A model generated the notes under the pieces. That model was not told the DNA's origin. It did not search any database and was given only the letters and a program-made list of their open reading frames with translations. From the NCBI GenBank assembly GCA_001687465.1, contig LVLI01000159.1:1-32696 (forward strand): a DNA stretch of 32,696 bases. The letters run 5' to 3'. A program made the translations under genes and the position numbers. The stretch is from Halocafeteria seosinensis (lineage: Eukaryota). How positions within the stretch are numbered: the first letter of the stretch is position 1; each line of letters opens with the position of its first letter. Below, piece after piece: positions 1 to 10,939 of this stretch.

Positions 1-751
1 CCTTTAGGCTTCTTTTCAACCAGAAAGTTGGCAATGTTCCGCTGGCGATTGTCTTGTGACTCTCTGCCACTTTTTAAAGTTCGATTCCTCGAATTCTTCC
101 AACGGATACATGACTCATCTTCCGGAGTCCGTCGACTCCGAGGTTGAAGTTGGGGGCCCAAGAAAAGAATGACGTGTTTCTCTGCAGTTTTCCGCACCTC
201 CGTCTATACCTTTACAATGCCATTATAGATCGTATAGTCCGTGATACGTCTTAGTTCGTTTCAGATATCGTTCTGCACGAGGTATGTGTGAGTGTACTGA
301 TAGTTTCTGTCCAAAATCTGCGTCTTCTGGAGTTGCGGCTGCGAAAGGGAGAAAAGTACAAAAAGGGAAATTAAGGGGGTTGGGGAGGGGAGTGGATACG
401 TTTACACCGTTAATTATTCTACGCGGGTATATGGCTCCCACGAGATGTTCGTCCCTCATTTCACTTCCGGATATGCATCGTTCCCCTATTCTGAGTCGTA
501 TCGGAAGGTGGTAGTTGAGAATATCCATTGGATACGTTTGAACCGAGCTGCGAGAGATGCTGGAAACCAGAATGCTTTTTGTAGTTTTTTTGAAGGGGAG
601 GCCAAAGGGGAGCCTCCATCTCTTACTCCTCTCGCATTGCTTACATGATACGTCATGCTCTCTATTGCAGATCTCGTGCAATTTCTAGGAATCTAGAGTT
701 TTAGGACTCGTGAATCGGATTTCCAAAGTCTTGGACCATTGGATAAAGAAA

Positions 752-3358
752 ATGAGCACTCGATACTCCGACGACGGCGAAGCAGTTCTTCGCGAAGCAG
801 ATGCGGAGCAAGCCAAGCTTATGAAAGAGCAGGTTATCCTCGTAGATAAGAATGACAACGTTCTGGGAGGAGGTTCGAAGAAGGAGAGTAAGTGGACTTG
901 TCGTGGCGCGTTCTTCGCCTTGCGGCTGTATCCGTTCTCTCGCTGATCTCGCTGCAGCGCACGTTTGGAGCAATATACAACAAGGAATGCTTCATCGAGC
1001 GTTTTCGGTATTCCTGTTTACCCCTGAAGGAAAGCTTATGTTGCAACGGGTAAGTTGGAAGATGAATTGTTTGCTCTGTGGCATTTTCACTTTTGAGCCG
1101 TTGGTGTAACTCCCTATGTGTAGCAGCGAGCGAGTTCCAAGATCACGTTCCCGGATTACTGGGCCAACACATGTTGCTCTCATCCCCTATTTTGTGAGGA
1201 AGAGTTGGAGACAGAAAACGCATTGGGCGTTAAAAGGGCTGCCCGGCGGAAAATGGAACAAGAACTGGGTATCAACCCTGACGAGCTTCCCCTATCGTGC
1301 TTTGAATTCGTAACGAGGATTCACTATTCAGCGCCTTGCGGGGAACATGGCAAGCCTGCAAACTATTGGGGTGAACATGAAGTTGATCATGTTCTCATAT
1401 GTATGCCTCCAAGATGTCCTCGTCTGCATATCAATGAGAATGAAGTTAGAGAAGTGCGCTACTTTACGCCAACGGAACTGGCGGAGTGGGTCTCATCGGC
1501 CCAGCAGAATGGTCGTCGCGTTAGCCCGTGGTTCAGACTGATGGAGAGGACAATGTTATACAAATGGTGGCGCACTGTTGCAAGAGGTTTGTCATCTATC
1601 CCGGAAATCGCAGAATGGGATACTATTCACCGACTGGATTCAAACAAGAAATTAGTGCCATCCGATGTCGAAGTCTTGGAAGCTGCAAGAGGTGCCGAAG
1701 AGGCCTGGGATAGTGCAAAAGCTGATCATGATGGTAGCGCTGTGGCGAAACAGGGTGCTTACGGGAAAATAGTAACCCATCAAGAGCCCTTGCTGAAGCA
1801 GATCATGCACGTTGACGAACTCTTCGCGGTATTCCTCCATAAGACAAAGCTTAGTGAGTCAGCCAGAGTATGCTCGTTGCCTGCCAATGCTTCCGATGCG
1901 CAAAAATGGTGTGAAAAGATGCTAGGCAAAGTCAGTCGCAGTTTTGCCACCGTGATACAACAGCTGAATTATCGACTTCGGTCAAGCGTGTGTGTATTCT
2001 ATTTGGTCCTACGTGCCCTTGATACAATCGAAGACGATATGATGGCCTTTACAGGCCGTGAAAAAGAGAAATTAGCACACTTGGAGAACTTTTACAAGAA
2101 TCTGAACAAGCCATCGTGGTCAATGAAAGGTGTGGGGGAAGGACATGAAGCAGTACTGCTGGAGAACTTCTCCATGGTTATCCAGTTTTTCAGTGAACTG
2201 GAAAAAAGCGACCGAGATGTCATTCAAGATGTTTGTGCGAAAATGGGCAAGGGCATGGCAAAATATGTAAGCCGTGACTTGCGTGAGGGCACAAAAGACA
2301 TTGATGATTACAATCTCTACTGCCACTATGTGGCCGGTCTCGTTGGTCAAGGTCTTTCCAGTTTGTTCTCCTCGTCTGGATGCGAAGACGAGTATCTCTC
2401 GAGGGAACTAAACCTTGCCAATGAAATGGGTTTATTCCTACAGAAGACGAATATCATACGGGATTATTTAGAGGACTTAGTCGATTTGAGGGCCTTTTGG
2501 CCTCGGTCAGTATGGATGTCATATGGAATTGACAAATTGGCAGACCTCCGAGGCGATCATGGTCCCTCAATGGGAGATGGTAAGGAAGCTCATAAGCCTC
2601 ACCCAAGATCGAGAGAGGTTCTTAACCATTTGGTGGCTGATGCGTTATCCCATGCACCGTCCTGTCTTGAGTATTTACGGAGATTGAGGAGCGATGATGT
2701 GTTTCGTTTCTGTGCGATTCCTCAAGTCATGGCCATTGCAACCTTGGACAAATTGACAAATAATGAGGATGTGTTCACGGGGGTGGTAAAGATTCGAAAG
2801 GCCCAAGCTCTCCGCCTGATGCAACACGCGGGTACTATGCAAAATGTTGCCTCAATCTTCTTGAAACACGCCAGGTCTATTGCAAGTAAAGTCCCTATGG
2901 AACATCGGCAAGCGTATACGATGGTGCAAGAAGCCTCCCGGAAAACCCAAGAAGCGGCCCTCAGCTTCTTGCCCCCTGTAACTGCGGCATTTAAGAGCAA
3001 TGTAGTGCTGTCGCGGGCATTCTCTCTTCCTACCATGGGAATGGTAGTGATGATGTTTATCAGCTTATGTCGTTATCTGTATTCTAGGACCCCGGAGTGG
3101 GCCATGCAAGGTCGCTATACTCCGCGTCTAACTGATTCATGGGATGTTGCTGCCCTTGCAGCGGTCACAGCTTGTGTTGTGTACTTGCTGGCTTTTACAG
3201 GCGTTCCATTGGTGATGTCCGCTCAACAACTCCCACGAAAAGGCGAATCATCGAGGTGGTCAGACTCGGATGAAGTTTCTGACGAAGCGGACAGTCCCAC
3301 TGCTGAATCTTCGCCAGTGCCATCCAAGACGCGGTTGCGCCGTAGACTTTCTCACTAG
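752..3358 (+). CDS. IDI-SQS: Isopentenyl-diphosphate delta-isomerase (type 1) - squalene synthase fusion protein, ~819 aa, 3 exons (752-887, 958-1049, 1127-3358)
   Basis: Introns 888-957 and 1050-1126 (both GTAAGT...CAG) join three ORF pieces in frame. IDI motifs: ILVDKND, LHRAFSVFLF, WANTCCSHP, AARRKMEQELGI, WGEHEVDHVL, NENEV, SPWF. SQS motifs in the same exon: VSRSFA, YLVLRALDTIEDD, YCHYVAGLVG, MGLFLQKTNIIRDYLED, FCAIPQVMAIATL, VKIRK, then two C-terminal hydrophobic segments. Confidence 0.96.
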
Positions 3359-3531
3359 AGCTTGTCCCCACCTTTGTATACTACCTAGTATAGTTTCTTT
3401 TTATTCCAAGAGTATATACGAGGTATGGCGGCTACAATACTCACCTCACGTAACAACAATAAGTATGTGTTCGACTAAACTCAGTGCATACTCCCATCGC
3501 ATTCCGTTGCTATGTCATGGATAGCAGCGGC

Positions 3532-3705
3532 CAGGTGAGTCAAGCTGGGGAAACGGATGCTGTTGGGTATGTGCTCTTGACAGTCTATTCTGTTACCGTT
3601 GGTTGGTCACAACAGCACATATCCAAGGATGTCAAACTGAATGGTAGGTAGGCGAAATTGGCATCAGTAGTCGTAGTCTGACTGATTACACCCGGAGATA
3701 TCCAA
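3532..3705 (-). pseudogene. Decayed fragment of the 3' end of an LRR gene, paralogous to 12441-12602
   Basis: The minus strand reads LDISGCNQ / TTTTDANFAYLPFSLTSLDMCCCDQPTVTE* / QEHIPNSIRFPSLTHL across two frameshifts and a stop. This matches LDIFGCDQTTITDAIFGYLPFSLERLDMSYCNQ...QEHMSNSLNFPYLTHL of the LRR gene; nucleotide blocks such as CAGACTACGA, CCATTCAGTTTG and TTGACTCACCT are shared. Confidence 0.85.
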
Positions 3706-3986
3706 AACTGTCATTCCCGTCCTTTCCCCACACTCTCCCATGAGAATTTTCCCCCATGATGCTTCCCTGTGTAACGCACTGTGGGTGTGCCCCTTTGTTA
3801 TCCCCTGGCGTATGATCCGTATATCCGAGTACCCAGTCGCTCCCCTTCTGGTGATGTTTTCTTTGTCCTTGCCTCATTAGATAACAGGTAAACCACAGAC
3901 ATATATGTGGATTGGAAAAGAGAAGAAAGAAAGAATAAAAGAAAAGAAACAGGAAACCCAAAAAAACCGAGAATCGTGAAGGGATC

Positions 3987-5103
3987 ATGAAGCTTTTAAA
4001 GGTTGCCTTGAGCATCGCAACGATGCTCGCATATTCGGTGCACTCTTCATGCGCTGCAGTTGGAGTCGACACTGGGTAAGACGAAAGTCTTCAATGCGTT
4101 TTTTTCTTGCTGGGTTTCATTGGTTTTGAAAGGTCAACGCACTATGCAGCTCTCCACCCGTTCCTTCCCAAAAGGTAAGTCGACGTTCGCGCTCGCGCTT
4201 CAGGTGGTGTCCATCCCCTCTAAAGATTAACTGATTGATGACAGGATTACGAATGCATGAAGAATCAATCTGGAGTGTCTTTCGCTATTCCCCAATGTTA
4301 CCACACGGGTAGTTTTCGTCCAGGTATTCCCTACGGCAGATTTGACAAGCATTGCCCGAACTTGATTCAGAACGGTACGTACGCATATTGCAAGTTCTTG
4401 ATAGCATTGTGTTCTATTTTTTCTTGGTTTTTTATTTGTTTTTGCTCTCTTCGCTACTTCACGTCGGAAATGGTGTGATTGCAGCTTGGGACGCTGGGCT
4501 GAGTGTAAGTGTTATCCATTTACTGCACGAAGCGATGGTAGCGGTTTGAATTCGAACTGATTGTGGTTGCAGGCAGTGGATATTATTATGTATCCCTGCG
4601 TTTATTACTGCAAAGGTAGCAAGGGTCCCGAACAGCAGGTCAAAGAGATGCTGGGAAATCTGTCTGAACACGGCATTTCGAACAAGTATTCGGTACGTAA
4701 TCATAAACACTGGGGCCGTGCCAATAGTGTTGAATGTTGTTTCTGCATGACACATTGTTGGCAGACGGTATGGATCAGTGTCAATCATGATTGGTTTAGT
4801 TCGAAAGAAAAGAACAGAAACTTCTTCGAAGGGCTTGTTTCAGAGCTGGAGAAACAAAACCAGACAATCGGAGTTTATACGAGTCCACATGTAGGTTATA
4901 AGATGAACAATTGGAAAGATACTATGGGAGACTGGGACAAGGGAAGCAATTATAAACTCTGGTATGCCCATTTTGACGGTGACAAAAATTTCAAGGAATT
5001 TGAGCCTTTTTGTGGCTGGAACAAGCCAAGCATGAAGCAATATCAACAAACGAGAGTTTTGTGTGGCAAAATCGTCAACACTGACTGGTATCCGTCCGAC
5101 TAA
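3987..5103 (+). CDS. Secreted GH25 lysozyme-like protein (protist/nematode Lys1-like type), ~240 aa, 6 exons (3987-4075, 4150-4174, 4245-4374, 4485-4504, 4573-4692, 4765-5103)
   Basis: Signal-peptide-like MKLLKVALSIATMLAYSVHSSCA, followed by GVD, ECMKNQSGVSFAI, NAWDAGL-VDIIMYPC, IGVYTS, LWYAHFDG, FEPFCGWNKPSMKQY. Five GT-AG introns with compatible phases; total 723 nt. Confidence 0.88.
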
Positions 5104-6500
5104 GCAACTGCCTCTTTCTCCCTGAAGAACAATCAGCTTCCGAGGTTTTATTCGCATTCATGACATGGCGAAATTCCCAGGCGAATACATGTATGACCGA
5201 TACTAGCAGTTGTTGACTACCGATCGTCGTTGGATAATATGGTATAGCGTACACATTTAGTGTACGAGCAGCAGCAGATATAATTTCTACTTGTACAATC
5301 ACACACCACGAGCGTGGCATATGGATTACTGTATGATGACCTGTACCTAAGATTGAGCGACAGAAAGCCAAAGCCCGAGGCTGACCGCTACCACCTGGGA
5401 CCCAGCAAGATACGCAATTGCACCTGCATTCCTCCCCACTCGTTACTAGACATACTCTGGAACATTCAAGTTTCATCCAACTGTTTCTTTCTCACTTCGT
5501 GTTGAAGGTCCGGCTCAGTTGTACACAGAGTCAGCATGCTGCTACTCTATATGTGTTTTATTGGTACCTGGTATCGTTCCTACCACCAGAAGACGTGTAA
5601 CCGGCTCGGGCCGTTTACCACTCCTAGCATTGATTGATACGTGGATAAGGATGATCCTCAAAACTGAACGCAACTCAGGGTATATTCGTATCTATCCTGC
5701 CGGAAGCGTTGTTGCGAAAAACAGGCTACAGTCGTCCTGCCCGAAGTTCCCGCATCTCTTGCAGGCGGACGACTCAGGGTACTAAATACGGAGCTCAAGT
5801 TTCAATGATTTTGTCAAAATTGAAGTCTTCGACATCGAGATTTGTGACTTGAAAACTCTTTTGATTCTAGCTTTATTGTCCTTCCTTGGAAGTTTTCTGA
5901 AGGTTGCCTGAGGTAACATGTTGTTGTACCGCTTACGGCAAAGTTTCATCTGGCTCCCTCGAATTGCGGGGCTCGGTCTGTCATACACACACAGTTGGTA
6001 TGTTTAGCGGGCATTCTTCATTCGTTGTTTTGTACTTCTTTCTTGAGGGTTAAACCAATGATGGAAGAACCAAATGATCCAAATAGATGTTTTATAGGGA
6101 GAAGGCTCTTTGAAAAAGAAGTCACAACGTACACATTTGTTTTTGTTTTGTTTTTGTTAGTAGAAGTTACGTACCTCCAGTTCACCAACATTCAAGCTGG
6201 AAGTCAATTGAGATATTTTGAAACACGGTAGTGCTACAAAGGATAACAACCTGACAGCTAATTTGATTCAATCTTTGTTATGTGTTTCCTTGGAAATTGT
6301 CCGGTACAATTGTCCAAGTTGTACACAGTGTAGCTGTGCTAGGGGCGAAGTTTGATCCCTTCTTTTTTGTGAAGTTGGGTGTCTCCAGTTCTTTCATCGC
6401 GTACAAGAAGAGTTTGGCATGCGTTCTGTCTTGTTTCCGGCGGTTTGTTCGCTAATTCCTGTGCACAGTATGGTTGTACCCTAGTGAAGGGGAAGTCGAC

Positions 6501-9500
6501 ATGAGCCGGGAGAAAGGAAGGACCGCTGTCCATTGCGCTCTCTTGCCGTCGAGGAATTTGAAATATGAGTATAACAAACAGTCTCGTTTTAAGGGCTCCA
6601 CACGCCCTAACGAGTGTCCCTCGGCCTTTTGCACCGAGGCCCCGGATGATGCGCCTCCACCGGAACCATCAGAGGAAGAGATCCGTCGGCTGGAAACGCA
6701 ATTGAACTCGGAGAGCAGCAACGGCGCGGGCACCGGTCGCACGAGGAATCGTGGTCTTAACGGCAACGAGCTACTAGAAGCCTCAGTGTGTCTCGACGAT
6801 GACTTATTCAACTTGATTTATCCTCTCGAAGACTGGAGCAGCTTCGACTTTAATCGTGCGATGGAACTGGGACGAGACCACCGACAAGGGACTGGAAAGG
6901 GATTTGATTCGAGCTATCGGGTACTCGAGCGATCGTCCTTTCTCCGAAATGGTAGAGATAACTATGATACTGCACAGCTGAGGGGTGCTTGGAAGTCTCG
7001 TCTCAGAGCAACATACCTGTACCGAGCATTAGGCTCAGATGCGTCCCCTTGGAGGGCAGAGCGAGTACGTCTAGCCAATGGTGACTGGTAGCTATATCCG
7101 CAGAGTTGGGTTATGAAGTTTGGACAAATTCTGCAGCTAAATGAACGGGGAAAAGGATCCAGTTACGGTGATCAAAGAAACGCAGTTGTGGATAAGACTT
7201 TACCTTCCTCTTTCCCGAAAGTTTCCGCGAGGACGTACCAACTGGAAGCGAGGGAGTGGCTCCAGCGAGAACTTAGTGAGCGTCGACTCATTGCTTCTCA
7301 GCGTATAGTAGGTGATATTGCTTCCTTGACTTCTCTGTTTTAAGCGATATTCCTATTGATAATTTAATTTACTCTCGAACAGAACGAGACCGTGACCAGG
7401 TACCTATTCGATAACTGGAGATGGGTATATTTGTATTGGGATACGGAAATACCGAATTGTTTGCTATACATCCATGTCCAAGACGCACTGGATGCGTTGC
7501 ACAGCACCACTCAAAATACGTCTAACATTGTCGCTGCATCCATTCACCCAGATGCAGGTAGTGTGGTAGCTGCGACGTCGGTTGTCTTGACAGATGAGCC
7601 TGCGCTTCACGTTCTCTACGATCGGGATGTTGCCAATTTTCATCGCAAAAACGACGCTAGGCTTCCTTTGTTCTGCCCTCCGTTCTTGAAAAGCTCACTT
7701 CCATCTAAAGTTCTACATCGCTATGTACACGACGTTGACAGAACGGTTGACAATGGACTATGGATCGATTTTCGAGACCTCTATAGCGACGCAGCACTTA
7801 AGAGTCAGAAACTCCGTAACGAAGCTCAGATACAGTCGCCTGCGTTCGCGGTATCCAATGCTTATGCCAAGGGTCCAGAATGGGCTGATGCCTTCATGAG
7901 CAAACAGAAAGGTATGTACCACCCGGCAAACAGGCCCGAGAGTCTGCGGGAGAAGCTGTCATTCTCGAAGCAGCCTTTTTACTCCGTAGTCTCTGGAGGT
8001 TGGCATTTAGCATCGTCGAGAGACCATGATGGTAACATCAATGATTGTATCATGGAAATCGGCGCCAATAGCTCATGTCGCTTCGTCTGCCTAAAATATC
8101 CAGATAGGGTTCGACTTGTTCGCATGGCGTCAGTCACAATTGCAGCATCCAGCGTGAACAATCATCCTTGTAAACCAATAGCTCTATGGACCGGTTTTGA
8201 AACATCGTCTTACTCTCTTGACATACGAAGATTCAAGGACGTTGAATTCCGTTCTGAACTGCTTGTTTCAGGCAATGTCAAGGAGCTCAATGAATTCATT
8301 ATGACGGAGTGCTCGTTCCAAACTCATGTTGAGCGCCCGTTGCATACCCTTGAATCTTTTTGTGGCATAACGGACGCTTGCTCCGGAAGGATGCGAGAGG
8401 CGCGAATGATTGTTAACGGTAAATGGATTCAAAATGTTCTTCATGTGCAGCCGGTAGGAGAACACACATTAGGCATACTGATGGAACGAGTTCCATCCAG
8501 ACACAGTGTTTCTGTCGAGACAACAGGGGGCAGTGAGTTCCGTTCTTCGTCTGATGAAGCCGTCCCTCGCGCACTGCAGCCGCTTGCGCAACTTGCATGG
8601 GTTGAAGCTACCATAATGAATTCTGCCGGCTCAAATGGACGGCTCGTTCTTCGATCAGTCACCTCTTTAGATGCCACGTCTTTGGAAGCTGTAGGAAGAC
8701 AATCTTCCCCCTTCTCCATTCCTTTTCAGAACAGTACTATCACACCAACCAGTACAACGGAACAACAACGAGTATCCGATGTGTTTTCCTATTTCCCTCA
8801 GGACGAGTGTATCACGGCAACGCCGAAGCCTGGTGACCAGAAAGACGTGTACCTTGACTTGATGGTCGAACTCACCGAAGTTTCTGAAACAGCCGATTTC
8901 TCCGATGCTTTCGAGGGTTCGAACTATCAGCTAGATGTGCAAAGTTTGTTAGGAGGGAGAGAGCACGAGATGCTAGGAGAAGCGCGCTTGGTTCTGCCAA
9001 CAATGCGTAGCAAGCGTAGATGGGAACGAACATATAGCCTGTCCCCAGCAGATCTACCAGAAATCTTATTAATCACTACATCGGAAGTGTTACGCATACC
9101 ACTGGAGGCCGTTGAGATATTGGAACCTGAATGTGGAGAGAAGCGATTAGATGACTTTGAAACTGTAATAAAAATGGCAATGAAGGGGAATGAATATTCC
9201 CCCTACGGCATGTCACTGCAGTGGCCTTGTCGTGTAGCCATGACCAACAGTGCGGATGGCGGAGATGAAACAAGACTAATCCGAACAGCAAACTTCTCTT
9301 TTCTCCATTTAGGCTACAAACAAGCAGCTATAGCACGCGTGAAAGAAGCTTTTGAAGCAGCATTACATGGAAAATGCTCTGGCGGCGTCAGTCCGTGGCG
9401 TGTCTCTAAAACGGCACCAGTAGTTCAAACAGTGCTGACTCGGCCACTCTCGTCTGATGTAGCAATTTTATTAAATTATCCGCCAGTGCTGTGCTTGATC

Positions 9501-10589
9501 GACACAACGCTCAAACAATGGAGATGCTGTCATTTGGGATTTTCTCAAGCCTCAACGCACCGTCCTTACGCGAGCGCTGCATGGACCACTTCAGGACAGT
9601 TCCTCCTCGTAGTATTTAAAGATGGCGGTGTCGCAGTGGTTGATAGAGATGGAGCTGTAGCCTGGAAAATCGACCACTGCCTGCAACTGCAAAAGCACCT
9701 GGAAACTCACACCATCGATAGAATCAATTTCCGGGGTCGCCAAGGCTGCAGACAATTTCCATTTGGGGCAGATCTCATTCTCTCCGGAAAGGCTGGTGAG
9801 AAAGGTGGCATTTTCTGCATTGGTCTTGGGCAGAACTTCCCAGTGAACCCATCTCTATCTACGGGGGTACTTGGGCGATCCCTCTCTAATTCTCTCCGTG
9901 ATGGTCAAGAGCTCCTTGAACACTGCTTGGCGTACCATAAGTCATGTGCGGAAGAAAGCAACTGCTTTCCGTGTGACAATTTAGAATCTATCCTGAAATC
10001 CGTTGACAACGCAGTAAATGCTCTAACGAATGAGAAAACTGATGGATTCAGTTCTCTGCATGCTTCCGACAGAGCATACTTTTGGTGCCTTGTTGCGGAA
10101 CAGATACATAATACATCTTCGTCACAGATGAGGCTGCTACTGCCTCTCGTAGTAGTAGCATGGATTGGCTGGTACGGAGTTTATTGTTCCTCTAGGGCTA
10201 AACGAAATACAAGTTCCAGGTTTTCAAGCCAAGAGGTTGTGAAATTGATTGATGATTCACTGCGACGATACACGCTCCTACGCGGCAAATGCTGCAGCCG
10301 AGTAGGTTCTCGGGTAGCTGATTGTATCAAGACTCTTCCCAGTGGTCAACAGCCCCAAAGTCTGTTCAGAATAGGACAGACACAAACCGGTAACAGTCAT
10401 GATGGTGCTGGACAGCCAACGTTCCAACCGGAGGTTTCTTCGTTTTTGGAATCCCCGTTTGACAATACTACAATGCTCGAAGAGCATCTACGGGCTGCCA
10501 AGTTGCATCGGGAGGACAAGGCATGTTCCCTGATGGAAGCGGCTCAATGGATTGAAAATGAAGCACTCTCTTTAATGGCAGAGCTCTGA
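6501..10589 (+). CDS. Large hypothetical protein, ~1324 aa, probably 3 exons (6501-7064, 7104-7307, 7383-10589)
   Basis: Three same-frame ORFs (6474, 7113, 7392) joined by phase-0 introns 7065-7103 (GTACGT...CAG) and 7308-7382 (GTAGGT...CAG); the last exon is open for 3.2 kb. No family recognised. One beta-propeller-blade-like segment (SAAWTTSGQFLLVVFKDGGVAVVDRDG). Confidence 0.72.
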
Positions 10590-10939
10590 AGAGTTTACAG
10601 TAGTTTGCGTGTATGTGCCAGTCTTGATGTCCAAGGAAGAGGGTTACAGATAGCTGCGTAGCACGTTTACTTAGGTCATGTGTTTCATACAGAGAACAAT
10701 ACAGCTATATTAAAAATAGAGATGAGGCTGATTGTACTTCTTGTGCCGTTCCAAGCCTGTCAGCTGTTGTAGAAGATGACTACAAGTCAGAAGGAAGTCA
10801 AACTTCTCAATTAGTCCTTGTCGTTTTGACTTCTTGGGACACTATTTACTATCTTTTCCTCCAAACAAACGCATCATTTGGAGACAATCGTTGGTTCTTG
10901 CCGTTGATTCGATTTTTGAGGAAGAAGAAAAGGAGTACC

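Noticed and set aside
1..681. Possible minus-strand gene divergent from IDI-SQS (ORF 223-681, pyrimidine-rich acceptor-like site near 335-365, open frame running off the left edge)
   Set aside because: No recognisable motif and no consistent exon chain could be built; it may be real but is not supportable from this window.
5104..6500. Short ORFs on both strands between the lysozyme-like gene and the large hypothetical gene
   Set aside because: No motifs, frequent stops and no coherent splice model; treated as intergenic or unrecognisably decayed.
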